A stretch of DNA of 64,000 bases from Phaeocystidibacter sp. (GCA_965659415.1 CBFHVA010000015.1:1474-65473), one strand, 5' to 3'; positions 1 through 11,803 are shown, numbered from the stretch's first letter. Program-made: numbers and translations. The notes: a model not told the origin generated them from the sequence alone.

Positions 1-119
1 AGGTGGATCATTTGTCCATTCGTTCGGGAAGGCTCGGAGATATAGCTCCTACTCTACTCCGTTTGATGAAAATTGAACAACCCGCAGCAATGACGGGGCA
101 AAGTCTCGTTCAATCATGA
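1..119 (+). CDS. gpmI: 2,3-bisphosphoglycerate-independent phosphoglycerate mutase, C-terminal fragment (gene starts upstream of window)
   Basis: Frame 3 is open from position 3: [38 protein letters not shown]. This resembles the conserved iPGM C-terminus (L.DIAPT.L.LM.I..P..MTG.SL). TGA at 117-119 overlaps the next ATG. It is absent from the ORF track because it has no start in the window. Confidence 0.6.
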   Translation, partial: VDHLSIRSGRLGDIAPTLLRLMKIEQPAAMTGQSLVQS

Positions 120-538
120 TGACAAACTCACTGATCATAGCCATCGACTTCGACGGTACGATTGTGGAAGATGCCTATCCAGAAATTGGAAAGCCCAAGA
201 TCTTTGCTTTTGAAACCTTAAAGCAACTTCAATCCGACGGACACCGACTGATTTTATGGACGTACAGAAACGGCCGAAAGCTCGAGCGCGCTGTTGAGTT
301 CTGCCGAGAAAACGGAATTGAATTCTATGCCGTCAATAAAAGTTACCCTGAAGAAGATATCAATGATAAATCCATTCCTAGAAAACTGAATGCAGATGTA
401 TTCGTTGACGACAGGAATGTTGGAGGCTTTTTGGGATGGGGTGAGGTTTACCATGCGATAAGCAAGGTTCCCTTACAAATGCAAGAAGAAAGTAAGAAGA
501 GGAAAAAACGCAGAGGTCTGTTTGGAAGAGGCCGATAA
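116..538 (+). CDS. small HAD-superfamily-like hydrolase, function unknown
   Basis: 140 aa. N-terminal [10 protein letters not shown] matches HAD motif I (DxDGT). Basic KKRKKRRG tail. Confidence 0.6.
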   Translation: MMTNSLIIAIDFDGTIVEDAYPEIGKPKIFAFETLKQLQSDGHRLILWTYRNGRKLERAVEFCRENGIEFYAVNKSYPEEDINDKSIPRKLNADVFVDDRNVGGFLGWGEVYHAISKVPLQMQEESKKRKKRRGLFGRGR

Positions 539-547
539 TAAGAGAGC

Positions 548-1354
548 ATGACGCACTATAAAACTAGGGAAGAAATTGAATTGATGCGCGAAAGCGCACA
601 AATTGTTTCCAGAACATTAGGTGTGGTGGCCAAGGAAATTAAGCCAGGGGTTACGCCTTTGCAGCTTGATAAATTGGCCGAAGAATACATCAAAGACCAA
701 GGCGCTGAGCCCGGTTTCTTGGGAATGTATGATTTCCCAAACACGCTCTGCATGAGCAGAAATGAGGTGGTAGTACACGGCTACCCGGATGACAAGCCTT
801 TAGTTGACGGCGACATTATTTCTGTGGACTGTGGAGCGCTCAAAAATGGCTTTTATGGCGATCATGCATTCACCTTTCAAGTCGGTGAAGTGAAGCCAGA
901 AATTAAACGTCTTCTCGAAGTCACTCTTGAATCCCTTTACTTGGGAATTGACCAAATTCGTGCAGGAAATCGCTTAGGTGATATCGGATACGCCGTGCAG
1001 AAACACGCAGAAGACCATGGTTTTGGTGTGGTTCGAGATCTCGTTGGACACGGAATCGGACGCGATATGCACGAGGAACCTCAAGTTCCCAACTTCGGAC
1101 GTCGTGGACGTGGAAAGAAGCTCCAAGAAGGCTTGGTGCTAGCCATCGAACCGATGATAAACATGGGCACACACAGGGTAGCATATTTGAAAGACGACTG
1201 GACCATCGTGTCAGGTGACCGAAAACATTCCGCTCACTTTGAACACGACGTGGCCATTGTAGATGGTAAACCCGATGTACTCTCCACCTTTGATTACGTA
1301 TTCGAAGCCTTAGGAATGCCCAAAGAAGACTTCTCACTCCCTGTAAAGCTATGA
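548..1354 (+). CDS. map: type I methionine aminopeptidase
   Basis: 268 aa. REEIELMRES start, then VVHGYP, DCG..KNGFYGD, VGHGIG and LAIEPM metal-ligand motifs typical of MetAP-I. Confidence 0.95.
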   Translation: MTHYKTREEIELMRESAQIVSRTLGVVAKEIKPGVTPLQLDKLAEEYIKDQGAEPGFLGMYDFPNTLCMSRNEVVVHGYPDDKPLVDGDIISVDCGALKNGFYGDHAFTFQVGEVKPEIKRLLEVTLESLYLGIDQIRAGNRLGDIGYAVQKHAEDHGFGVVRDLVGHGIGRDMHEEPQVPNFGRRGRGKKLQEGLVLAIEPMINMGTHRVAYLKDDWTIVSGDRKHSAHFEHDVAIVDGKPDVLSTFDYVFEALGMPKEDFSLPVKL

Positions 1355-2109
1355 TTAAGTTCGCGCTGAAGTATATCCCACGTCCGTGGTTGATTCGATT
1401 GAGCTATGTCGTTCAGTTTTTTGCCCCAGTGATATACGGTGGGAGCAGATTCACGGATCCTATCGATGGTAGGAGCTACCGAAAGTTTCTGCCCTATGGA
1501 TATGCCGGAAACCTCCGTGAGAATGCATTGTCGCCTGGTACGAATAGTCTGGAGCGACACCGCTTGATGTACCTCTACCTAAAACGCGATACTGATTTCT
1601 TTACCGCAGATAAGAAAGTGCTGCACGTTGCACCAGAGCAGTGTTTTCATGGCCGTTTTAAGAAGATGAGTAACCTTGACTACGATACGGCTGATTTGAA
1701 CAGCCCAATCGCCGATTACTCCATCGATATCCACGATATTCCTTTTGAAGACAACACCTACGATGTGGTTTTCTGTAACCACGTATTGGAGCACGTGACC
1801 GATGATCAGCAATGCATGCGAGAACTGTGCAGAGTGCTGAAGCCTGGCGGGCTAGCTATCATGCAAGTGCCTTGGATTCCAAACCAAGAAAAGACCGTAG
1901 AAGATCCTACCATTACCGACCCTAAAGAGCGCGAGCGCCTTTTTGGGCAATACGACCATGTACGCAAGTATGGAAAGGATTACTCGGACCGTTTAGAGAA
2001 AGCGGGATTCACTGTAAAGAAAGTGGATATGGAAGAAGAGCTAAGTGCTGAAGAATTCGAAAAATATCGATTGCCAGCCGGAGAACCTCTCTACGTGTGT
2101 AGCAAGTAG
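1351..2109 (+). CDS. class I SAM-dependent methyltransferase
   Basis: VLHVAPE, DVVFCNHVLEHV and LKPGG motifs of the Methyltransf_11-type fold. Start overlaps the map stop (ATGA). Confidence 0.8.
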   Translation: MIKFALKYIPRPWLIRLSYVVQFFAPVIYGGSRFTDPIDGRSYRKFLPYGYAGNLRENALSPGTNSLERHRLMYLYLKRDTDFFTADKKVLHVAPEQCFHGRFKKMSNLDYDTADLNSPIADYSIDIHDIPFEDNTYDVVFCNHVLEHVTDDQQCMRELCRVLKPGGLAIMQVPWIPNQEKTVEDPTITDPKERERLFGQYDHVRKYGKDYSDRLEKAGFTVKKVDMEEELSAEEFEKYRLPAGEPLYVCSK

Positions 2110-2111
2110 CA

Positions 2112-3587
2112 TTAATCCTCTAACCTTTCCAGTCCAGCTTTTGCCTTCTGCTGGCATCCTTCGTACCAAGGATAGTCTTTAAAGGAAAGAACCTGTTTGT
2201 AGTGGACTTTGGCAGAATCAGGTTGTGTTACTTCCAGGAGAAGCGCGAGTTGAAGTTCGGCATTAACCCGTTCAAAATTCATAGGATCGAGCTGGTACTG
2301 AGTACAAGCCTTAAAATGTCGAATGGCGGCCAACTCATCCCCTAGCTGTTGAAAAATCCGTCCACGTCGATAATGAAATTCGAGTAAATCGGTTTCAAGT
2401 TGCAAGGAAGCATATAACTCAGCATCTAGCAGCTCTAACGCGTCTTCGAATTTCCCTGCATCATAACCTAAACGAGCACGCAAAAGTCCTGAAGGAAGCA
2501 AATCACCTTCCATTTCCCTGAGAGCTTGCAAATCAGCACCTACGTAGTCATCCCCTTCAGTGAGAACTCTACGCCGATATTCTTCACTCTTTACGAGGTT
2601 ATTCTGAAGTCGGTAATACCAATGTAAATACCTCAAAGTCGACTTGATAAAGTGCTTTCCTTTATGCTCCGAGAGAAATTGCTCTAAGGCGACGTTTGCA
2701 TCTGAATCTCCTCTAGCGAGTTTTGCGCGCCCCAAGAAGTAACTCAAATGAGGAAAGGATAACCGATCTTCAAGCGCTTGAACATGAATCAAAAGCTCGA
2801 TCAACTCATCATTCTTGCCTTGCACATCCAAAATCTTCGCTTCTAGATAAGCCAATAGCGGATTGCTAGCAGGATCCTCACCCAGAGAGGTAAGACTTGC
2901 TGACTCGTCTCGGTTGAGTTGAAACTTCACATAGGTATTAATAAACAAGAGCTTGTCATGGAGGTAGCGGTAATCGCCTGAGCGCGTGGCTTCAAGTGCT
3001 TCTTCGAGATCGGCTAAACCCGCAGAAACGTCGCCTTCAAATCCAAGCATGGAGGCAACCCACTTATAGTTATCTGGTAAACTCCCGACTGCTACATTCA
3101 ATAATCCTGTTCCTAATTTGAGAATCTCACTTTCGGGGTAGGCGTCCTTACCTTCATTAAGTAAATCCAAGGCCGACAAGGCATACTGAGCGGATTTCCA
3201 TGTGTTGTTATACTTGGCCTCAATGGAGGACATTTGCATGTACATATCGCCCATGATGAGGTAGTAGGATAGCGAAGTTGCTTCCTCATCTTCCATCTCA
3301 TCGCACCAATCAGCCATTTGGTCTCTTTGCCCTTCATAACCTGCTGGATCATCTTGAGCCATATATTGCACATAAACTCGGGAGAGATGAAGATAAGCGA
3401 GTCCCCATGACTCTGCGCCTTCTTGAGAAAGTGAATCGATCCTACCTCCGGCTTGCTCATGCTTGAACTCAAATATATCGGCATACACCGACTTCATCAA
3501 GGGAGAAAACTCTTCCTGTGCGTGAGCGCAGAAACCCCAAAAGACAAAGAGTATATAGAAGTGTTTTGGCATAAAAAAAGGGCCCAA
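2112..3587 (-). CDS. secreted helical-repeat (TPR-like) protein, function unknown
   Basis: Signal-peptide-like N-terminus (FYILFVFWGFCAHAQ) and helical-repeat composition. An alternative start MPKHF at 3572 would leave the 3573-3598 hairpin non-coding. Confidence 0.6.
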   Translation of the reverse strand: MGPFFMPKHFYILFVFWGFCAHAQEEFSPLMKSVYADIFEFKHEQAGGRIDSLSQEGAESWGLAYLHLSRVYVQYMAQDDPAGYEGQRDQMADWCDEMEDEEATSLSYYLIMGDMYMQMSSIEAKYNNTWKSAQYALSALDLLNEGKDAYPESEILKLGTGLLNVAVGSLPDNYKWVASMLGFEGDVSAGLADLEEALEATRSGDYRYLHDKLLFINTYVKFQLNRDESASLTSLGEDPASNPLLAYLEAKILDVQGKNDELIELLIHVQALEDRLSFPHLSYFLGRAKLARGDSDANVALEQFLSEHKGKHFIKSTLRYLHWYYRLQNNLVKSEEYRRRVLTEGDDYVGADLQALREMEGDLLPSGLLRARLGYDAGKFEDALELLDAELYASLQLETDLLEFHYRRGRIFQQLGDELAAIRHFKACTQYQLDPMNFERVNAELQLALLLEVTQPDSAKVHYKQVLSFKDYPWYEGCQQKAKAGLERLED

Positions 3588-3598
3588 AATGAGCCCTT
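3573..3598 (-). terminator. putative rho-independent terminator after the COG1579 gene
   Basis: Minus strand: AAGGGC, 9-nt loop, GCCCTT, followed by T7. Conflicts with the 3587 start of the next ORF, but not with the 3572 start. Confidence 0.4.
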
Positions 3599-3623
3599 AA
3601 ATTTAAAGTTCTTGCAAGGATAA

Positions 3624-4415
3624 TTAAGCCTTGGCCAAGATATCTTCGATCATGGTGTTCATGCGCTCTTCTTCCTCGCTCGCCAATTCTGGGTCTACAA
3701 GAATACGACCGCTATGCTCATCAGTAATAATCTTCTTGCGTTGAGCAATTTCAAGCTGGCGCTGCGGTGGAATCACAAAGAATGACCCTGCAGATGCGCC
3801 ACGCTCAATTGAAACAACAGCCAATCCGTTGCGCGCTTTGTCGCGAATACGACGGTAACCCACCAATAGGCGCTCTTCAAGCTGCTTACCGAACTCCTCT
3901 GACTTCTTGAGAAGAAGTTCTTCTTCCTTCTCCGTATCAGCCATGATGTTCTTCAACTCGCCTTGCTTGAATTCCAAGTGGCTCTTGCGCTCAGCTAGCT
4001 TAGCCTCGGCACCTTCTTGTACTTCCTTTTTATTGGCAATCTTCGCTTCGTATTCCTTGATGCGCTTGTTGCTCAACTGAATTTCCAACTCTTGGAATTC
4101 AACTTCCTTAGAGATAGCATCAAATTCGCGATTATTGCGAACGTTCTTTTGCTGCTCCTCGTACTTCTTAATCTTTTCGGTGGCGTTCTTGATGGTAATC
4201 TTGCGATCCTTGATTTCATCTTCCAATTCCTTCACCTCGTTTGTCACTTTCTCGACACGAGTTTCCAAACCGGCGATTTCATCTTCCAAGTCTTCCACTT
4301 CCAATGGCAATTCACCGCGAAGGTTACGGATTTCATCAATTCTTCTATCGATGATTTGAAGATCATATAAAGCGCGTAGCTTGTCTTCTACCGTCATTTC
4401 TTTCGTCTTAGCCAT
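3624..4415 (-). CDS. COG1579-family coiled-coil protein (zinc-ribbon family partner of Nif3) with Cys-less C-terminal ribbon
   Basis: N-terminal LRALYDLQIIDRRIDEI, then a long coiled coil and a C-terminal FFVIPPQRQLEI...IITDEHSGRIL. Sits immediately downstream of the Nif3 gene, which is the conserved pairing. Confidence 0.75.
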   Translation of the reverse strand: MAKTKEMTVEDKLRALYDLQIIDRRIDEIRNLRGELPLEVEDLEDEIAGLETRVEKVTNEVKELEDEIKDRKITIKNATEKIKKYEEQQKNVRNNREFDAISKEVEFQELEIQLSNKRIKEYEAKIANKKEVQEGAEAKLAERKSHLEFKQGELKNIMADTEKEEELLLKKSEEFGKQLEERLLVGYRRIRDKARNGLAVVSIERGASAGSFFVIPPQRQLEIAQRKKIITDEHSGRILVDPELASEEEERMNTMIEDILAKA

Positions 4416-4420
4416 AGATC

Positions 4421-5512
4421 CTATAGATATATAATGGGGTTCGTTTTGACCTCAGTCTTGAAGGTGGCAAAAGTAGGGAATTTTTCATGAATAGCATCGA
4501 ACAAAAGATCAATCGTAAACTGCTCGGATTCAAAGTGTCCAATATCAGCAATCACGATTTTTCCATCGGCGTCAAAAAACTGATGATACTTGAAGTCGCC
4601 GGTCACAAACACGTCTGCTCCAGCTCGAATAGCGTCCTTTAAAAGGAAGCTACCTGAGCCTCCACAAATGGCAATCTTCTTCACCTTGGGTTGAACGGCT
4701 TCCGTGTGACGAACCACACCTCCTACTTTGCTCTTCAAATGAGCCAAGAAGGCGTTCAACTCCATTTCTTCAGCCAATTGACCAACCATACCACTGCCCA
4801 CTTCAGGCCAAGCGTTTTCGATTTTCAGAATATCGTAAGCAACTTCCTCATAAGGATGAGTCATCATTAAGGCTTTGATTACTTTGCCTTGAAGATTAAA
4901 CGGGAATATAACTTCCAATCGAACTTCATTCTCTTCGTGGCGTATACCGATATCTCCGGTATATGGATTTGTGCCTTCTCGTGCTTTGAACGTACCTATT
5001 CCTTCGGAAGTGAAAGAACATTCCTTGTAATCACCTACATGACCTGCACCTGCATCAAAAAGTCCCTCGCGCACACTTTCGGTTTTATCCTTGGGCACAT
5101 AGGTAATTAGCTTGCGAAGCCAGCCGTCCTTGGAACTTAGGATATGTGTTTCTGTGAGCTCTAATACCTCTGCAAGCTTGGCATTAACACCGGTAGAAAT
5201 ATTGTCGAGGTTAGTGTGAATGGCATACAAAGCGATGTCTTTCTTGATGGCCAGCATCACGCAGCGTTCCACGTAATTGGAACCATTTAATCGCTTCAAT
5301 CCGGAGAACACAATGGGGTGATGAGATACAATCAAATTGGCTCCTTTGGAGGCTGCTTCTTCAATTACATCTTCGGTAACATCGAGCGAAACTACCACTC
5401 CTGTACACTCCGTATTTGGAGATCCAACGATTAGTCCACTATTATCATACCCTTCTTGGTAGGCTGGTGGTGCCCACTGTTCCAGGAATGAGCTTATATC
5501 TGAAATCTTCAT
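4421..5512 (-). CDS. Nif3-like dinuclear metal center protein (YbgI/YqfO family)
   Basis: 363 aa. YDNSGL, LIVSHHP, YAIHTNLD and GDFKYH motifs of the NIF3 family, with an inserted PII-like domain. Confidence 0.9.
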   Translation of the reverse strand: MKISDISSFLEQWAPPAYQEGYDNSGLIVGSPNTECTGVVVSLDVTEDVIEEAASKGANLIVSHHPIVFSGLKRLNGSNYVERCVMLAIKKDIALYAIHTNLDNISTGVNAKLAEVLELTETHILSSKDGWLRKLITYVPKDKTESVREGLFDAGAGHVGDYKECSFTSEGIGTFKAREGTNPYTGDIGIRHEENEVRLEVIFPFNLQGKVIKALMMTHPYEEVAYDILKIENAWPEVGSGMVGQLAEEMELNAFLAHLKSKVGGVVRHTEAVQPKVKKIAICGGSGSFLLKDAIRAGADVFVTGDFKYHQFFDADGKIVIADIGHFESEQFTIDLLFDAIHEKFPTFATFKTEVKTNPIIYL

Positions 5513-5542
5513 GCTGCCGAAGATACGTTAACGACAAGGCAT

Positions 5543-5574
5543 AAAAAAAGCCCCTTGACAAACTGCCAAGGGGC
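5543..5574 (-). terminator. rho-independent terminator of rpsA
   Basis: Minus strand: GCCCCTTG, 9-nt loop, CAAGGGGC (8-bp perfect stem), followed by T7. Confidence 0.75.
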
Positions 5575-5596
5575 CAATTCTTAAGAATGGACGAGA

Positions 5597-7618
5597 TTAC
5601 TCTCCGTCTTCCATATCTTTCTTCAATTGAGCAAGTGCATCGAGGTCACCCAAGGTAGTCTTCTCAACATTCTGAGCTACTTTCTTAGGTGCGCGAGCTT
5701 TGCCTGATTTCGCGTTATCATCAGCTGGGATGTCATCAGCGCTTGTGCCCATATCCTTGTGTAGTTGGGTATGAGAAACAACGATACGACGAGCGTCTTT
5801 GCTGAATTCGATCACTTTGAATTCAAGTGTTTCACCCTTTTTAATTTGAGTGCCGTCCTCTTTGTGAGTGTGGCGCCCCGGGCAGAAACCTTCAACTCCG
5901 AAAGTTTCGAACATGATGTTCGCTCCTTTGTCGAATACATCGATAACATTTCCTTCGTGTGTGCTACCTACAGTAAATACTGCTTCGTAGTTATCCCAAG
6001 GATTCTCTTGAACTTGCTTGTGACCAAGGCTCAAGCGACGGTTCTCTGTATCTACTTCAAGAACTTTCACTTCCAACTCAGCACCGATGCTGGTGAACTC
6101 ACTTGGGTGCTTGATTTTCTTCGTCCATGAAAGGTCAGAAATGTGGATCAAACCATCGATTCCCTCTTCCAATTCAACGAATACACCAAAGTTTGTAAAG
6201 TTGCGAACCACACCTTTGTGCTGGCTAGCGTTCGGATACTTAGTCTGGATATCAGCCCAAGGATCTGGAGTAAGTTGCTTCATGCCCAAAGACATCTTGC
6301 GATCTTCGCGATCCAAAGTGAGAACAGTTGCCTCTACTTCGTCTCCTACCTTCACAAAGTCTTGTGCGCTGCGAAGGTGTGTACTCCAGCTCATTTCTGA
6401 TACGTGGATCAAACCTTCAACACCTGGCTGTACTTCTACGAATGCACCGTAGTCAGCAAGAACAACCACTTTTCCTTTCACCTTATCACCTACTGATAGT
6501 TCTTCGCTAAGCGCGTCCCAAGGGTGAGCAGCAAGCTGCTTGATGCCCAATTGGATACGAGTCTTGGCCTCGTCGAAGTCCAAGATAACCACGTTGAGTT
6601 TCTCGTCGAGCTCAACCACTTCAGATGGGTGATTGATACGGCTCCAGCTGAGGTCGGTAATGTGTACCAATCCGTCAACACCACCAAGGTCGATGAACAC
6701 ACCGTAAGAAGTAATATTCTTAACCACACCTTCGAGTACTTGACCTTTCTCAAGCTGAGCAATAATCTTACGCTTCTGTTCTTCAAGATCGGCTTCGATA
6801 AGCGCCTTGTGAGAAACAACTACGTTTTTGAACTCTTGATTGATCTTAACAATCTTGAATTCCATTGTCTTATCAACGTATGCGTCGTAGTCACGGATAG
6901 GCTTCACATCAATCTGTGAACCTGGCAAGAATGCCTCGAGCCCGAATACGTCAACGATCATACCACCTTTGGTGCGGCACTTCACGTAACCGTTAACTAC
7001 TTCTTCAGCTTCGTGAGCTTCGTTCACACGGTCCCATGCCTTGATAGAACGAGCCTTGCGGTGTGAAAGAACGAGCTGACCATACTTGTCTTCTTGCTTG
7101 TCAACGAGTACTTCTACTTCGTCGCCAACCTTAAGACCTGGGTTATAACGGAATTCGTTGAGTGAAACCACACCTTCCGACTTAGAAGCAATATCGATGA
7201 TTGCGTCGCGGTCAGTGAGAGTAACCACCTTACCGTTTACCACTTGATGTTCAACGGAAGAACCGAGTGTATCTTCATACATCGTAGCCAACTCGTCGTA
7301 CTTCTCACCACGCTTGATGGTGCCTGACTCGTAAGCGTCCCAGTCGAATTCAGTTTCTTGTTCTGGAGTAAGGTCTACTTCCTCTTCTGAATCATCCTCT
7401 GCCTCAACTTCTTCGGCAACTGGAGCCTCTTCCTTTTTAGGGGCAGCCTTCTTTTTAGGAGCAGCTTTCTTGGCTGGAGCTTTTTTCTCCGCCTTCGGAG
7501 CTTCTTCTACTTTCTCTTCTGTAGCTGCTTCTTCAGTTGCAGGAGCTTCTGCAGCAACTACTTTTTCTTCGGCCTTTTCAGCTTTCGCTTCAGCAGCCTT
7601 TTTGTTTTCTTCTGCCAT
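5597..7618 (-). CDS. rpsA: 30S ribosomal protein S1 with an Ala/Glu/Lys-rich N-terminal extension
   Basis: Six S1/OB repeats (e.g. GVFVDLGGVDGLVHISD, GAFVEVQPGVEGLIHVSE). The first ~95 aa are low-complexity (AKKAAPKKKAAPKK, then an acidic run). Confidence 0.95.
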   Translation of the reverse strand: MAEENKKAAEAKAEKAEEKVVAAEAPATEEAATEEKVEEAPKAEKKAPAKKAAPKKKAAPKKEEAPVAEEVEAEDDSEEEVDLTPEQETEFDWDAYESGTIKRGEKYDELATMYEDTLGSSVEHQVVNGKVVTLTDRDAIIDIASKSEGVVSLNEFRYNPGLKVGDEVEVLVDKQEDKYGQLVLSHRKARSIKAWDRVNEAHEAEEVVNGYVKCRTKGGMIVDVFGLEAFLPGSQIDVKPIRDYDAYVDKTMEFKIVKINQEFKNVVVSHKALIEADLEEQKRKIIAQLEKGQVLEGVVKNITSYGVFIDLGGVDGLVHITDLSWSRINHPSEVVELDEKLNVVILDFDEAKTRIQLGIKQLAAHPWDALSEELSVGDKVKGKVVVLADYGAFVEVQPGVEGLIHVSEMSWSTHLRSAQDFVKVGDEVEATVLTLDREDRKMSLGMKQLTPDPWADIQTKYPNASQHKGVVRNFTNFGVFVELEEGIDGLIHISDLSWTKKIKHPSEFTSIGAELEVKVLEVDTENRRLSLGHKQVQENPWDNYEAVFTVGSTHEGNVIDVFDKGANIMFETFGVEGFCPGRHTHKEDGTQIKKGETLEFKVIEFSKDARRIVVSHTQLHKDMGTSADDIPADDNAKSGKARAPKKVAQNVEKTTLGDLDALAQLKKDMEDGE

Positions 7619-7740
7619 GTGGCAAAAATGCTTTTGTATCCCGCGCCGATTAGCTTAAGAGAAAACATCGGGAGACGTTTTACATCATGTTGAAAATCAC
7701 CTTCTTTCCTGCTAATCACAATCCCCGGAAAAAAGGGCTG

Positions 7741-7771
7741 CAAATATACGATTCTTTCCTCCGGAAAACAA
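7741..7771 (-). promoter_or_regulatory. putative Bacteroidota sigma-A promoter of rpsA
   Basis: Minus strand: TTG (7769-7771), 20-nt spacer, TATATTTG (7741-7748). Fits the TTTG/TAnnTTTG consensus and implies a 5' leader of about 120 nt. Confidence 0.4.
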
Positions 7772-7799
7772 TGGAACGATGCGACTAATTCGCTCAGCG

Positions 7800-7990
7800 A
7801 CAAATGGATGGTTTAATGGATTGTCAGACTTAAAGACTAATGGACTGATGGACTTGAGGATTTGGTGACTCATTCGTTAGATCGACGGACACTGCGCTGT
7901 GCTTTAACCTGCCGTAAGGCAGGGGACCTTTTACCGCCGCCAGGCGAGTAACCTTTCCAAGCCGAAGGCGCAGGACCTTCCAACCTTCAG
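7800..7990. repeat. structured intergenic repeat region (locus A of a dispersed family)
   Basis: AATGGA(c/t)-type short repeats at 7803-7860, then hairpins CCTGCC-GTAA-GGCAGG (7908-7923) and CGCC-GCCA-GGCG (7935-7946) separated by ACCTTT-type spacers. Shares a 13-mer (7842-7854) and an 11-mer (7818-7828) with locus B in inverted orientation. Confidence 0.7.
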
Positions 7991-7993
7991 GAA

Positions 7994-8025
7994 CAAAAAA
8001 ATCCCCATCATTGCTGACAGGGATT
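7994..8025 (-). terminator. rho-independent terminator of gltA
   Basis: Minus strand: AATCCC, 14-nt loop, GGGATT, followed by a T-run. Confidence 0.55.
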
Positions 8026-8048
8026 CTCGTATCACTAAGTTCGAACAA

Positions 8049-9353
8049 TTACTTCGCGAACCTTTCCTTTAACAAGGCGGTAGTTGTAGAGCCCGGTCTT
8101 TCGAGCGGGAATCCCAATGCGCGGTCCCAAATCATATTGGCCATGGTTCCCAATGAACGAGCTACCCCGAAGAGAACTGTATAGAAGTCGTATTCAGTAA
8201 GTCCGTAATGCATCAACAACTGTCCAGAGTGAGCATCAACGTTAGGCCAAGGGTTCTTCACCTTACCTGTAGCACTTAAAATGTCAGGTACCACTTCGTA
8301 GATACGGCTCACAATCAAGAACATCTCATCATGTGGCATATGCTCCAAAGCAAACTTGCGTTGTGCTTCGTAACGTGGGTCTGTTTTACGCAATACCGCG
8401 TGACCAAATCCTGGAATAACCTTCCCTTCTGATAAGGTCTTGCGACAGTAATTCGCAATTTGCTCTTTGGATGGAAGTCCTCCTCCTAGCTCATCACGCA
8501 TTGCCATAATCCAGCGAATCACTTCCTGGTTAGCCAAACCGTGCAATGGTCCGGCCAAACCGTTCATGCCTGCAGCGAAGCTCAAGTAAGCATCGCTGAG
8601 CGCCGAACCTACAAGTTTCACAGTATGAGCCGAAACATTCCCCCCCTCGTGATCCGAGTGGATGGTCATATACAGTCTCATCAGCTCTTTAAACTCTTCG
8701 CTATCAAAACCAAGCATGTGCGCGAAGTTACCTGCCCAATCCAACTTTGGATCTGGTTCGATGTGCTCTCCGTTGTGGTATACACGACGATAGATATAAG
8801 CCGCCACACGAGGAAGACGCGCGATGAGGTTCATAGCATCTTCGTAAGTAGGCATCCAATACTCACTCTTGTGAATACCGTGACGGTACGCACGAGCAAA
8901 TTCGCTCTCTGTGCGCAAGGCCATAATACCAGCAGTAAACTGAGTCATAGGATGCGCGCTTTGTGGAAGTGAATCAATCACTTTGAAAACGTGCGGTGGA
9001 ACGATTGAACGGCGAGCCCAATTGTTCGACAAACGACGAACTTCATCGTCATTTGGAATTTCGTTCATCAACATCAAGTGAAAAATCCCCTCTGGAAGAG
9101 GCTCATACCCACCCGGCATTTTAGGCAGCTTATCCTGTAATTCAGGAATAGAATACCCTCGAAAACGAATACCCTCTTCTGGATCGAGCTTTGAGGTTTC
9201 ACAGATAAGAGCCGGCATTCCTCGCATACCTTGGTACAACTGTGACACCTTGATTTCACCCAATACCTCGTCGCCGTGTTGTGAAATGAAATCTTTAACC
9301 TCCTTTTGGGCGTCCCCTACTTTGGAGCTAAAATGTTCTTTAATCTTATCCAT
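8049..9353 (-). CDS. gltA: citrate synthase
   Basis: 434 aa. HSDHEGGNVSAH, GPLHGLAN and PGFGHAVLR catalytic motifs. Confidence 0.95.
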   Translation of the reverse strand: MDKIKEHFSSKVGDAQKEVKDFISQHGDEVLGEIKVSQLYQGMRGMPALICETSKLDPEEGIRFRGYSIPELQDKLPKMPGGYEPLPEGIFHLMLMNEIPNDDEVRRLSNNWARRSIVPPHVFKVIDSLPQSAHPMTQFTAGIMALRTESEFARAYRHGIHKSEYWMPTYEDAMNLIARLPRVAAYIYRRVYHNGEHIEPDPKLDWAGNFAHMLGFDSEEFKELMRLYMTIHSDHEGGNVSAHTVKLVGSALSDAYLSFAAGMNGLAGPLHGLANQEVIRWIMAMRDELGGGLPSKEQIANYCRKTLSEGKVIPGFGHAVLRKTDPRYEAQRKFALEHMPHDEMFLIVSRIYEVVPDILSATGKVKNPWPNVDAHSGQLLMHYGLTEYDFYTVLFGVARSLGTMANMIWDRALGFPLERPGSTTTALLKERFAK

Positions 9354-9363
9354 GTGAGCCTTA

Positions 9364-11780
<2,417 letters not shown>

Positions 11781-11803
11781 GAAAATCTATAATTTGAGTA
11801 GCA

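Noticed and set aside
7558-8048. Track ORFs 7558-7803 (81 aa) and 7830-8048 (72 aa)
   Set aside because: They span the rpsA promoter and leader, the repeat and hairpin region, and the gltA terminator. Composition is low-complexity and there is no recognisable family. They are best read as non-coding.
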